Position numbers and translations under genes: made by a program | Shown here: positions 10,340 through 19,809 of the stretch, piece after piece | Layout of the letters: the number at the start of each line of letters is the position of its first letter | Numbering within the stretch: the stretch's first letter is position 1 | Notes under the pieces: generated by a model | What the model saw: the letters and a program-made list of their open reading frames with translations, nothing else | Told to the model about the DNA's origin: nothing | Databases searched by the model: none | Source of the DNA: Oscillospiraceae bacterium | GTDB lineage: Bacteria; Bacillota; Clostridia; Oscillospirales; Oscillospiraceae | Length of the DNA: 64,000 nt | Direction: 5' to 3' | Assembly (NCBI GenBank): GCA_015068245.1 | Contig: SVKU01000005.1 | Location: 14,847 to 78,846 of the forward strand

Positions 10340-11128
10340 TCATTTAAATTCGTCGCTGAATTCGTCTATCTCGCTGAGGTCTTTCTTTCCTGCACGGAGC
10401 TTGCCGATAACAAACCATCCGCCTACCAGTACCACAACAACAATAAGAGGTACAACAACCTTTGCAAAGCTGAAACCGCTTTCCTCCAGTTCCTCGGCAA
10501 CGGTAGCACTGGGTTCAGGCTCCGGCTCCGGTGTGGCATTTGCTTTCTTTTCTTCTATCTCGGCATAGACTTGATCCTGATTCTTCAGAACCTCGGTGTC
10601 TTCCTCATCGACAAAGTAAATATAAACGCCGTCACCAAACCCCAAAGTACTGAAGTATTCAAGTATTTCCTCCAGAGTATCGGGTTCCGCAAACATATAA
10701 ACATCAACACGGTTTTCTGCGGGATTAATTTCATAGCGCTTGGTCTTGTACAGATTTATTATAACATACTGTGTTGAAACATGGCGGGCACCGATGGTGA
10801 TATAATACTGCATCAGTGTGGAATACGGAAGTTCAACCACTTCCCAGACCAATCCGTCATCAGAACCGAAAAAGTCGATGTATTCCTGCCTGTTTTCCGG
10901 GGTATCCTCTGTCAGGCAAACAACAATATTGTTGCTTTCGTCAACATACATGCCGCCAAAGGCTTCGGGATACACCTGCGCCTGACCGGACTCATCTTCC
11001 TCGTCCATAGGCAGGGATGCCATGTATTCGTCTATCTTTGCCTGTGCAGCCTCTGCGCTGTCGAACGCAGCAAACGCAGCGACAGGCATCATAAGCAGAA
11101 CAAGCAGCAAACAAATTACTCTTTTCAC
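10340..11128 (-). CDS. hypothetical secreted protein with a C-terminal membrane anchor
   Basis: Signal peptide MKRVICLLLVLLMMPVAAFA, an acidic TPEPEPEP linker, and a C-terminal TM (VVVPLIVVVVLVGGWFVIG). No family recognised. Confidence 0.6.
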   Translation of the reverse strand: MKRVICLLLVLLMMPVAAFAAFDSAEAAQAKIDEYMASLPMDEEDESGQAQVYPEAFGGMYVDESNNIVVCLTEDTPENRQEYIDFFGSDDGLVWEVVELPYSTLMQYYITIGARHVSTQYVIINLYKTKRYEINPAENRVDVYMFAEPDTLEEILEYFSTLGFGDGVYIYFVDEEDTEVLKNQDQVYAEIEEKKANATPEPEPEPSATVAEELEESGFSFAKVVVPLIVVVVLVGGWFVIGKLRAGKKDLSEIDEFSDEFK

Positions 11129-11186
11129 TTGTCACACTCCATCCGTAATAATCTGATTTCCATGATATACCAAATTATGTTGTATG

Positions 11187-12569
11187 TCAATCAAGATGGG
11201 AGAAAGCGTAACCGTCGCCAAATCCTTCAATAGTATCCAGAATTCTGGGCAGGAAGCCGTTCTCTTCGTCATAAGTCCAGTAGTGAACACCGTCCTCTGT
11301 TCTCATGCCGCAATAGTTAAAGTCTATCGTGGGGTGGAAGAACAGACTCATAAGCTGTCCGTTATTGTGGGCATATTCAAGACGATCCCAAATCGTGGTG
11401 TCGTAAGCACTGTAAACATAGTCAGGAGGGGTTGGTACATATCTTACGGTCTTCCCGTCACGTTCAACAGTTTCAATCTGAGCTGAAACCGCCGGGCCGT
11501 ACTGATAAATGACATCGAATTTCTCTTCTGCAAGAGCTCTGGAACTCTCGATAAGAGCATAGTGGGGGAACTCAAAGATATCATGCTCATAACCGAGTAT
11601 TTTAGCCATTTCAATGGCCTTGTCCATTCGTTCTCCCATCTGCTCAACGGTATATTCGGTATCACCGCCAAATTCGTTGCCGACACTGCTGATGGTATCA
11701 AACTGTTGGTGGGTGTAGCCGTGGAGTACGATGCTGCCGCCATGAATACGGAGCCAGTCAAGACTGTAAATAAAGTCTGCATTGTACAGGCATTCGTTTT
11801 CTATCACGTTGTTCACCACGCCTCTTGTGGGGTCAACGTAAACGGGTATCCATGCTATGTAGAACTTGTGTCCGCGGCTTGAAAGGTATTCGCCCATGGA
11901 ACGAAACTTTTCCAGGTTATAGCTTGAATATGTGGCATCATAATAGTAAACGCCGTCATTATATGCACCGTCTGCCATAACGTCCTCAAGACGAATGTAG
12001 CCTTTGGTTTCTCCGGCAGTTCCACGGTATTCAACAGGCTTGGCATCATACAGTTTGATGACTTTATTAACCGCATCGCATGACATGGAAATGTCATACT
12101 GCAGTGAAATATCCGCCATTGAAATGCAGCCGTCGATTTCGGGAAGATATGCTTCCTCGCCATTGGGAGTTTTGCCGGTAGCTTCTTCGATCTCACTGCG
12201 GCTGATGTAGATACGGCCATTCTCATAGAACATGCAGCCGATATCGGCAGGCTCATCTTTGTAAGTCACAGTAATACCTACGCCAATGTGCTCGTGAGGA
12301 GGTTCAACAGGTTCCTCTTCCGGCTCTTCAACAGGCACTTCGGGTTCCGCTGATGGTTGGATATCCTCCGCCTGAACAGGCTCTTCCTCAGGTTCGCCAA
12401 CAACCACAACAAAATCGTTGGTCTCAGGCTGAACAGATTCTTCAACGATCTGTTCGGGCGTAGTTTCCGGTGCGGGAGAGACTGCTTCTTCCGACTCATT
12501 ATTCGAGCAGGCACACATCGTCAGCAGCAGCAAAAACACTGCGACAAGCATTGCAATAGTCTTTTTCAT
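11187..12569 (-). CDS. lipoprotein, DUF2334 / polysaccharide-deacetylase-like domain
   Basis: Lipobox LLLTMCAC and an acidic low-complexity linker. The C-terminal domain has LHGYTHQ and FEFPHYA motifs that, from memory, are typical of DUF2334. Confidence 0.55.
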   Translation of the reverse strand: MKKTIAMLVAVFLLLLTMCACSNNESEEAVSPAPETTPEQIVEESVQPETNDFVVVVGEPEEEPVQAEDIQPSAEPEVPVEEPEEEPVEPPHEHIGVGITVTYKDEPADIGCMFYENGRIYISRSEIEEATGKTPNGEEAYLPEIDGCISMADISLQYDISMSCDAVNKVIKLYDAKPVEYRGTAGETKGYIRLEDVMADGAYNDGVYYYDATYSSYNLEKFRSMGEYLSSRGHKFYIAWIPVYVDPTRGVVNNVIENECLYNADFIYSLDWLRIHGGSIVLHGYTHQQFDTISSVGNEFGGDTEYTVEQMGERMDKAIEMAKILGYEHDIFEFPHYALIESSRALAEEKFDVIYQYGPAVSAQIETVERDGKTVRYVPTPPDYVYSAYDTTIWDRLEYAHNNGQLMSLFFHPTIDFNYCGMRTEDGVHYWTYDEENGFLPRILDTIEGFGDGYAFSHLD

Positions 12570-12626
12570 GTTAGATTTCTCCTGTAAAATGTTCTCATAT
12601 TACTTTACATAATATCAGAATGCTTG

Positions 12627-13487
12627 TCAACAATAATTCGACAGGATATCAACTTTTTCTCCTGTTACAGGGTGGTTAAAGGTCAGCTTTTTTGCCGTAA
12701 GTTCCTGTTCTGCCAATCCAAGTTCTTCGTTCAGTACTTGAGTCTCCGGGGAACAGTACATAGGATCACCTAAAAGCGGCCACCCCATCGCCTGACAGTG
12801 TACACGTATTTGATGGGTCCTGCCGGTTCTCAGTCTAAACTGCACAACATTGAGTTTTTCGCCCAGAAACCAGAGACTTTTCACCACTTTATACTCAGTA
12901 ACTGCATTTTGGCCGTCCTCGCGCACCACTCTATACATTGAAGCCGGGTCAACTCTGGCTATTGGCAGGTCTATTTCCCCACTTCGCTGTTTCATCTCAC
13001 CGCAGGTTATCCCGGAATATATCTTTTCCATTTCTATCTGCCCCATCAATGCCCGGGCATATGAATTCTTAGCAAAAAGTGTTACTCCTCTTGTATCTCT
13101 GTCCAGTCTTGTTACAACATGAACAGCCATGCCATCAAGGTATCCTGATACAAAGTTGGTCAGAGTTCCCGAAAACCTGCTGCGTGACGGGTGAACCAAT
13201 ATTCCCGCCGGTTTATCCACCGCTATAAACAACTCGTCCTCGTACAATACGGTGAGGTTGCCTTTTTCCACAGGGTATTCCGGCGGTGCTTCGTCGGGCA
13301 GGCGCACCGTTATCTCATCTCCGGGAGACACGACAGCATTCATATATCTGGCCTCTCCATTAACCATAACAAGGCTTTCCGCCTTCAGTTTTTTAATCAT
13401 TGAGTTGGATATATTAAGTTGTTTCATCAGCACTACAGACAACCGTTTGGCTTCTGACTGCTGTGGTAAAGTGTAGTGAATATTCAT
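12627..13487 (-). CDS. RluA family pseudouridine synthase
   Basis: S4-like N-terminus, catalytic region HVVTRLDRDTRGVTLF, and GRTHQIRVH motif. Confidence 0.85.
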   Translation of the reverse strand: MNIHYTLPQQSEAKRLSVVLMKQLNISNSMIKKLKAESLVMVNGEARYMNAVVSPGDEITVRLPDEAPPEYPVEKGNLTVLYEDELFIAVDKPAGILVHPSRSRFSGTLTNFVSGYLDGMAVHVVTRLDRDTRGVTLFAKNSYARALMGQIEMEKIYSGITCGEMKQRSGEIDLPIARVDPASMYRVVREDGQNAVTEYKVVKSLWFLGEKLNVVQFRLRTGRTHQIRVHCQAMGWPLLGDPMYCSPETQVLNEELGLAEQELTAKKLTFNHPVTGEKVDILSNYC

Positions 13488-13503
13488 AGAAAAATATAAA
13501 ACT

Positions 13504-13531
13504 CAAGCCCTCTGCGGTTGCAGAGGGCTTG
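13504..13531 (-). terminator. intrinsic terminator after rplT
   Basis: Minus strand reads caagccctctgc-aacc-gcagagggcttg followed by agttttatattttt. Confidence 0.8.
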
Positions 13532-13542
13532 CATTGTCCAAA

Positions 13543-13899
13543 TTAAGCAATAGCCTTCTTGGCAGTCTCAACCAGAGCTGCGAAAGCTTCTGGCTCGTTG
13601 ATAGCCAGTTCGGAGATCATCTTACGGTTCATGTCAACACCGGCCTGCTTCAGACCATACATGAAACGGGAGTAGTTGATGCCGTAGGGAGCTACTGCAG
13701 CGGAGATACGGGTGATCCACAGACGGCGGTAATCTCTCTTCTTCAGCTTACGGCCAACATATGCGTAAGTGCCGGATTTATAAACGGCCTGTTTGGCCAT
13801 CTTAAAATGCTTGGATTTTGCACCCCAATAGCCTTTGGCCATTTTCAGGGTTTTATTTCTTCTTTTGCGCGTCATCATTGCGCCTTTGACTCTTGCCAT
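13543..13899 (-). CDS. rplT: 50S ribosomal protein L20
   Basis: MARVKGAMMTRKRRNKTLKMAKGYWGAKSK... is a canonical L20. Confidence 0.97.
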   Translation of the reverse strand: MARVKGAMMTRKRRNKTLKMAKGYWGAKSKHFKMAKQAVYKSGTYAYVGRKLKKRDYRRLWITRISAAVAPYGINYSRFMYGLKQAGVDMNRKMISELAINEPEAFAALVETAKKAIA

Positions 13900-13936
13900 T
13901 TTATTGCCTCCTATTTATACTGAGGGTAGTCCTCGA

Positions 13937-14134
13937 TTATTTGTAAGGGATCATCTGCTTGATAGCAGCGGTGTTGGTAACATCGGCATAAACTCCCTGA
14001 CGGAGGCCTCTTTTACGTTTTCTGTCTTTCTTGGTAAGGATGTGGCTCTTATAAGCCTGGGCTCTTTTGACCTTACCGGTCTTGGTGAGATTGAATCTCT
14101 TTTTCGCGCCACTGTGGGTTTTGATCTTGGGCAT
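13937..14134 (-). CDS. rpmI: 50S ribosomal protein L35
   Basis: [24 protein letters not shown]... is a canonical L35. Confidence 0.97.
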   Translation of the reverse strand: MPKIKTHSGAKKRFNLTKTGKVKRAQAYKSHILTKKDRKRKRGLRQGVYADVTNTAAIKQMIPYK

Positions 14135-14173
14135 GATGTGAACTCCTTCCGTAACAGCTTTTGCTGAAATTTA

Positions 14174-14704
14174 TTAGTCTTTCTGGTTCTTAGTAGCCTT
14201 TGGGGACAGGAACATGGTCATATGACGTCCATCCAGCTTGGGATTTTTTTCGACGGTTGCGATCTGAGAACACTCCTGGCCAAACTTGACGAGCAGCTGC
14301 TCACCGATATTGGTATGAGCCATCTCACGGCCACGGAAACGCACAGTGACTTTTACTCTGTCGCCATCGGCGAGGAACTTCTGAGCGTTCTTAAGTTTGA
14401 CATTAAAGTCGTTGGTGTCGATACCGGGAGACATTCTGATCTCCTTAACTTCAACAACCTTCTGGTTCTTCCGGGCTTCTTTTTCCTTTTTGGCCTGTTC
14501 GAAGCGGAATTTGCCATAGTCCATGATCTTGCAAACCGGCGGATTTGCTCCGGGAGCGATCTTAACAAGGTCCAGATCCTGCTCTTCAGCCAGCTTGAGT
14601 GCTTCCTGAGAAGACATGACTCCCAGCTGCTGACCGGCACTGTCTATTACTCTGACTTCCTTGTCGCGGATCTCTTCATTGATCTGATGGTCCTGTTTAC
14701 TGAT
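14174..14704 (-). CDS. infC: translation initiation factor IF-3, with a non-AUG (ATC) start
   Basis: IF-3 sequence (..INEEIRDKEVRVIDSAGQQLGVMS...PPVCKIMDYGKFRFEQ..). SD GGAGGTG (14717..14711) is followed after 6 nt by an in-frame ATC at 14704..14702. From memory, (M)SKQDHQINEEIR aligns with the B. subtilis IF-3 N-terminus MSKDQLVNEGIR. The track start (GTG at 14764) lies inside the leader terminator stem. Confidence 0.88.
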   Translation of the reverse strand: MSKQDHQINEEIRDKEVRVIDSAGQQLGVMSSQEALKLAEEQDLDLVKIAPGANPPVCKIMDYGKFRFEQAKKEKEARKNQKVVEVKEIRMSPGIDTNDFNVKLKNAQKFLADGDRVKVTVRFRGREMAHTNIGEQLLVKFGQECSQIATVEKNPKLDGRHMTMFLSPKATKNQKD

Positions 14705-14864
14705 ACTAAGCACCTCCAAATTGGTCTGTGCGTCAGCGCACAAAAAAACGCGTGTGCCAGGCACCCGCGCAATAACAGCAAAGCAAGACCGCCATGCGGT
14801 CGGCTTGTTATTGACCCCTTAGCGTTAGCCGGAGGTGAGGTGCCACAGCTCCTTCTTCATTTAC
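14705..14864 (-). promoter_or_regulatory. infC-rpmI-rplT leader with a transcription attenuator (L20-leader-like)
   Basis: The leader lies between the promoter at 14871..14899 and the infC SD. It contains an intrinsic terminator, cgcgggtgcc-tg-gcacacgcg plus T7 (14769..14742, minus strand), just upstream of the SD. Class is assigned from context (L20 autoregulation in Firmicutes), not from alignment. Confidence 0.45.
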
Positions 14865-14870
14865 CCGAGT

Positions 14871-14899
14871 ATTCTATCACATGGTTTGGGTGTTGTCAA
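14871..14899 (-). promoter_or_regulatory. sigma-A promoter of the infC operon
   Basis: Minus strand reads TTGACA (14899..14894), 17 nt, TAGAAT (14876..14871), with a TG extended -10. Confidence 0.6.
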
Positions 14900-14985
14900 C
14901 AGTGATTTTTCAGAAAAAAACTTGTCTTTTACATTTATTAATTAGTTATTGTAATATATTTGATTATTTGCAAATCTAAACGCTA

Positions 14986-15014
14986 TTGAATATACGTTTT
15001 TTTTGATGTATAAT
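14986..15014 (+). promoter_or_regulatory. sigma-A promoter of the sugar ABC operon
   Basis: TTGAAT (14986-14991), 17 nt, TATAAT (15009-15014), with an upstream TG. Confidence 0.5.
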
Positions 15015-15052
15015 GTTTTTTACTAAAGGCATTTAATGAACGGAGGCCTGAT

Positions 15053-16570
15053 ATGGAAGCCAAAACCTTTATCGAGCTTCACGGTATAACCAAGGTTTTT
15101 CCCGGCGTCATAGCCCTGTCAGACGTCAATTTCGACATTCGCGAAGGCGAAGTTCACGCCCTTTGCGGTGAGAACGGTGCGGGAAAATCAACCCTGATCA
15201 AGGTCATGACCGGCGCTCACAAGCAAGACGGCGGTGAGTATCTCATCGACGGCACTTCTGTCGACATCAGCTCTACCAATGAGGGTATCGCTCTGGGTGT
15301 ATCCTGCGTATACCAGGAGCTTTCCATTGCCCCTCAGCTTGATGTTGCACAAAATCTTTTTATCGGCAATCTCCCCACCAAAGGCGGTCTTATAGACCAC
15401 AAAACGCTGTATGCGAAAACCGCAGAGATCCTTGCGGAACTGGAGGTAGATTCTTCCATCACTCCAAAAACTATCGCAGGCGACCTTTCCGTAGGTCAGC
15501 AGCAGATGATCGAAATAGGCAGAGCGTTGACCCGTAATGCCCGCTGCATCATCATGGATGAACCCACCTCGTCCCTCAGCGAGAAGGAAACAGATACCCT
15601 TTTCAAACTCATCAAAAAGCTGCAGTCCAAGAACATTGCCATCGTGTACATATCCCACAAGCTGGACGAGGTCATGTATCTGGCTGACCGCATAACCGTT
15701 ATCCGCGACGGTCAGAACATTATCACCATGAACAAGGAAGACACCACTCAGGACGAACTTATCGCCCACATGATCGGTCGAAGCCTTGAAAACCTGTACC
15801 AGAAAACTCCCGCTCAGCAGGGTGACGCTGTTCTGGAGGTACATAACCTCTCCCGTGAAAGCGTGTTTTCCGACATTTCCTTCTCTGTCAACAAAGGTGA
15901 AGTTCTCGGTTTCTTTGGTCTGGTCGGTGCAGGCCGTTCCGAAATCATGCGCGCCGTATTTGGTGTTGATAAGTACAATTCCGGTGAAGTTATATTGGAC
16001 GGCAAAAAGCTTAAATCCGGCAATCCTGCCCTGTCGATCGACAGCGGCATGGGTTTCTGTACCGAAGACAGAAAAAAAGAAGGTCTTATGCTCAGGCTTT
16101 CAATTCTTCTGAACATGACCCTTGTTAAGCTGCCAAAGATAAGCTCAATGGGTGTTATCAACCGCAAGACTCAGGCATCTCTGGCCAGCGAATACGTTAA
16201 CACCATCTCCATTAAAACACCTTCGGTCAACCAGTTGGCAGGAAACCTTTCCGGCGGCAACCAGCAGAAAGTTGTTCTGGCAAAATGGCTTATGACCGAT
16301 CCCAAGGTTCTTATTGTTGACGAACCCACAAGAGGTATCGACGTCGGCTCCAAATCCGAGATATATGGTTTGATCTCAGAACTTGCCCAACAGGGCGTTG
16401 CTGTTATCGTGGTTTCCTCCGAAATTGAAGAAATCATGGGTATCTGCGACCGTGTCATTACCATATGTGAAGGCAAACTCACCGCAAGTTTCCCCACCAA
16501 AGGCACAAGCACCGAAACTATCCTTGCTGCTGCTCTTGGCAAAACCGTTGCAGGAGGTGACGCACAGTGA
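15053..16570 (+). CDS. sugar ABC transporter ATP-binding protein (duplicated ABC cassette, RbsA/MglA-like)
   Basis: Two ABC domains: Walker A GENGAGKST, signature LSVGQQQ and LSGGNQQK, and Walker B IIMDEPT / LIVDEPT. Confidence 0.92.
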   Translation: MEAKTFIELHGITKVFPGVIALSDVNFDIREGEVHALCGENGAGKSTLIKVMTGAHKQDGGEYLIDGTSVDISSTNEGIALGVSCVYQELSIAPQLDVAQNLFIGNLPTKGGLIDHKTLYAKTAEILAELEVDSSITPKTIAGDLSVGQQQMIEIGRALTRNARCIIMDEPTSSLSEKETDTLFKLIKKLQSKNIAIVYISHKLDEVMYLADRITVIRDGQNIITMNKEDTTQDELIAHMIGRSLENLYQKTPAQQGDAVLEVHNLSRESVFSDISFSVNKGEVLGFFGLVGAGRSEIMRAVFGVDKYNSGEVILDGKKLKSGNPALSIDSGMGFCTEDRKKEGLMLRLSILLNMTLVKLPKISSMGVINRKTQASLASEYVNTISIKTPSVNQLAGNLSGGNQQKVVLAKWLMTDPKVLIVDEPTRGIDVGSKSEIYGLISELAQQGVAVIVVSSEIEEIMGICDRVITICEGKLTASFPTKGTSTETILAAALGKTVAGGDAQ

Positions 16571-17568
16571 GTGAAAAGAAAAGCTTTAAAAGCTATTGGA
16601 GCAAGTTCATGTCCCTGAACGGAAGCGGCGTTTTTCTGGCTCTTGTAGCTTTCATAATTCTCGTTTCCATCCTCGCTCCCCGGATAACAGGCGGTCAGTT
16701 TCTGACATGGACGAATATTATCCAGATTTTCCGCCAGCAGACCTATATCGGCATCATCGCCTGCGGCATGACTCTTGTTATCATCACCGGCAACATCGAC
16801 CTTTCCGTTGGCTCTCAGCTGACCCTGCTCACCGTACTTTGTGCACAGATGAGTAAAACCATGGGCAACCTGGCAATACCTGCCACTTTGGCTCTCGGTT
16901 TCCTGCTCGGTCTTGTAAACGGTCTGTTTGTCAGCGGACTTAAACTCAATTCTTTCATAACCACCCTTGGCACCTCATCCATGTATGGTGCGCTGGCACT
17001 GATACTGGTGTCCGGTCACACTGTACGCGGCGACTCAGCCCTTTTTGACTGGATAGGTTCCGGTTCTCTTTTTGGCGTACTGCCAATCCCCGTTGTTATC
17101 ATGCTGGTCGTGGTTCTCATTTTCGCTTTTGTATCGAAGCGCACCATCTTTGGTCAGCGACTTTACGCCATTGGTGCCAACCCCACAGCTGCACGCTTCT
17201 CCGGTATCAAATCCGGCAGAGATATCTGCATCACCTATATTCTTTGCGGTCTGTGCTGCGCATTGGCAGCGGTTGTGCTTATCGCCCGTTCCGTTTCCGC
17301 CAACCCTCAGGCAGCGGCCGGCAAGGAAATGGACATCATTCTGGCTGTCGTTCTTGGCGGCACCAGCGTTCTTGGCGGAAAAGGCTCCATCTGGGGTTCC
17401 GTCATTGGCTTCCTGTTCATAGGCTTCGCATCCTCGGGCTTTACTTTCCTTGGATTCGACCAGTATATCCAGTGGATCGTCATGGGCGTAATACTTCTTG
17501 TTGCCCTGGCATCTGACGTTTTCAGTGAAAGGGGGATCTCGATTTGGAAATCAAGAAAAGCAAAGTAA
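16567..17568 (+). CDS. sugar ABC transporter permease (RbsC/AraH family)
   Basis: Polytopic, with the conserved TGNIDLSVGS motif. The GTG start overlaps the upstream stop (GTGA). Confidence 0.88.
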   Translation: MSEKKSFKSYWSKFMSLNGSGVFLALVAFIILVSILAPRITGGQFLTWTNIIQIFRQQTYIGIIACGMTLVIITGNIDLSVGSQLTLLTVLCAQMSKTMGNLAIPATLALGFLLGLVNGLFVSGLKLNSFITTLGTSSMYGALALILVSGHTVRGDSALFDWIGSGSLFGVLPIPVVIMLVVVLIFAFVSKRTIFGQRLYAIGANPTAARFSGIKSGRDICITYILCGLCCALAAVVLIARSVSANPQAAAGKEMDIILAVVLGGTSVLGGKGSIWGSVIGFLFIGFASSGFTFLGFDQYIQWIVMGVILLVALASDVFSERGISIWKSRKAK

Positions 17569-18527
17569 ACGCCGGCAGCGTCAAACGCTTCCTGCTTAGC
17601 TATAACTCCATCGTTATCTTCCTGCTGCTGCTTATCTTCGCAACCTTTTTCGTAGGCAAGTTCACCAAGAACTATGATACCATAGTTGTTGAAGCCAGCC
17701 TTTACGGCTTTATAGCCATCGGTCTGGCGTTGGTAATGATAACAGGCAATATTGACCTGTCGGTCGGTTTCCAGCTGGCAGCCGCATCTGTTATTACCGT
17801 GGTTGTGCTGGACAGTACCGGCAGCCTTCCCCTTGCCTGCGCAGCAGCAATCCTGTCCGGTGCCCTGATGGGTGCCATCAACGGTATGGCTGTTACAAAA
17901 CTTGGCATCAGCCCGCTGATAGCAACAATTGCCACCAACTATATTTACAAAGGCTTTGTTTACTTTTTCACCAAAGACGGTTCTTTCTATCCCGAAGGTG
18001 AACTTCGCAACACACTGAAAGAAAGCATAGCCGGCGTAGAGTTTTTCGGCAGCGAGTTCCTTGCTCTGACCGTTATCATCTTTATTGCGGCACTGGTTAT
18101 TCTGTTCTTTGTGCTGCGTAAAACCAAATTCGGCGTCAGCCTGTACATTTCCGGCGACAACGCCGAAGCCGGTCAGCTTGCAGGCATCAACATAAGCCGT
18201 GTTCAGTTCTGGGCATACGTTCTTTGCGGCATCTGCTGCGGTATTGCAGGTATGTTCTTTGCTTCCAAGTCCGGTGCGGCAGTTTATACTCAGGGTGAAG
18301 GCCGTGACGTATTTGCCATCTCCGCCTGTGTTATAGGCGGCATAAAGATGGCCGGCGGCAAAGGCACCATGGTCAATGTGCTTCTGGGTATTCTCATTAT
18401 GCGTATTATCTCCACAGGCATGAACCTGATGCTGATCCCCGCAGCGTGGGTAGACTTTGTTTCCGGCGCAATGCTGGTGGGCGTGCTTATTATCGACCGC
18501 TTTACCACTTTGAAAAAAGAGAATTAA
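17544..18527 (+). CDS. sugar ABC transporter permease (second RbsC-like subunit)
   Basis: Polytopic, with the TGNIDLSVGF motif. It overlaps the upstream permease by 25 nt, so the start is uncertain. Confidence 0.85.
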   Translation: MEIKKSKVNAGSVKRFLLSYNSIVIFLLLLIFATFFVGKFTKNYDTIVVEASLYGFIAIGLALVMITGNIDLSVGFQLAAASVITVVVLDSTGSLPLACAAAILSGALMGAINGMAVTKLGISPLIATIATNYIYKGFVYFFTKDGSFYPEGELRNTLKESIAGVEFFGSEFLALTVIIFIAALVILFFVLRKTKFGVSLYISGDNAEAGQLAGINISRVQFWAYVLCGICCGIAGMFFASKSGAAVYTQGEGRDVFAISACVIGGIKMAGGKGTMVNVLLGILIMRIISTGMNLMLIPAAWVDFVSGAMLVGVLIIDRFTTLKKEN

Positions 18528-18591
18528 ATTTTATTTCAGTGATTACCCGTAAGGGTTCACATATTACTAAAACTCGAAAGGAAAACACACC

Positions 18592-19578
18592 ATGAAAAAG
18601 CTTATCGCACTTCTCCTCGCTCTCGTGATGTGCCTCTGCCTGGCTGCCTGCGGCGCCACTGAAGAAGCTCCCGCTGAGCAGGAAGCAGAAGCTGCAGCTC
18701 CTGCTGAAGACATCACCATCGCTTATTCCGCCATCGCTTACTCCATCGCAGTTCTGCCCCAGTCCCTGCACGACAACATCAAGGCTGAATGCGACGAACG
18801 CGGCTGGGAATTCATCTCTCTGGCAGCCGAAGGCGACGCTGAAAAGCAGTCCGAACAGATCGATCAGCTGATCGACCAGGAACCCGACGTTCTGGTTCTC
18901 TTCCCCGCTGACCCCGTCCTCGCTGACGACTGGGTAAAGAGAGTTGAAGAAGCCGGTATCCCCTGCGTTTGCGTATGGACTGACGTAAGCACCGCTCAGT
19001 CCTCCGTTGAATGCTATGTCGGTCCCGACAACTATCAGCTGGGTTACAACCTCGCTCAGGCTTTCATCGATGCCAACGGCAAGGACGCCGGTCTGAAGCT
19101 TGTCCGTATCGGCGGTGTTCCCGTACAGTCTGACTACATTGCCCGTAACCAGGGTGTTGAAGACTGCATCGCTGCAAACTCCAACTACGAGATCCTCGGC
19201 GACGTAGCATGGGCATTCTCTTCCCGTGCCGACGCTCAGGCTATGATGGAAGATTTCATCGCCACCTATGGTGACGACATCGACGCTCTGCTCGGTTACG
19301 ACGACGACCTTACCCTCGGCGGCGTAAACGCTCTGCAGGAAGCCGGCATGACCGACGTTCAGGTTTACTCCATCACCGGCCAGAAGGAAGCTCTTACCGC
19401 CATCAAGGAAGGCAAGATGACCCTGACCGCTCATTACACCACTCTTGAAACTGCTGACATCGTAGCTTCCGCTCTGGATTCCATCGTTGCCGGCGAAGAA
19501 GTTGGCGATTACTACAAGTACATCACCGTTACCAACATCACCAGCGAAAACGCTGAAGGTGTTGAAGGCGAATTCTAA
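18592..19578 (+). CDS. sugar ABC transporter substrate-binding lipoprotein (periplasmic-binding-protein type I)
   Basis: Lipobox LCLAACG, an acidic linker, and an RbsB-like fold sequence. Confidence 0.85.
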   Translation: MKKLIALLLALVMCLCLAACGATEEAPAEQEAEAAAPAEDITIAYSAIAYSIAVLPQSLHDNIKAECDERGWEFISLAAEGDAEKQSEQIDQLIDQEPDVLVLFPADPVLADDWVKRVEEAGIPCVCVWTDVSTAQSSVECYVGPDNYQLGYNLAQAFIDANGKDAGLKLVRIGGVPVQSDYIARNQGVEDCIAANSNYEILGDVAWAFSSRADAQAMMEDFIATYGDDIDALLGYDDDLTLGGVNALQEAGMTDVQVYSITGQKEALTAIKEGKMTLTAHYTTLETADIVASALDSIVAGEEVGDYYKYITVTNITSENAEGVEGEF

Positions 19579-19594
19579 TCCCTGATTAGACGCA

Positions 19595-19627
19595 AAACAT
19601 CCCGGATGATTTCATCCGGGATGTTTT
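19595..19627 (+). terminator. intrinsic terminator after the ABC operon
   Basis: aaaacatcccggatga-tt-tcatccgggatgttttt. Confidence 0.85.
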
Positions 19628-19809
19628 TGCTGTCAAAATGGGTTTCCTCTGCGATAGCACTTATGTAAGGGGTCAGCCTCGCTGACCCGACCAATCTCAA
19701 AGTTTACCCAAAGCAGAGCCTGTATTGCAAAACGGAAAAGCGACCGAAGGATCTTTTCATGCCTGCCGGCGACCATACTTTCTGATGTCAGAAAGCATGC
19801 AAAGGCCAC

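Noticed and set aside
18502-19434. 310-aa minus-strand ORF opposite the sugar-binding lipoprotein
   Set aside because: Shadow ORF. The + strand product has a lipobox and a PBP fold sequence.
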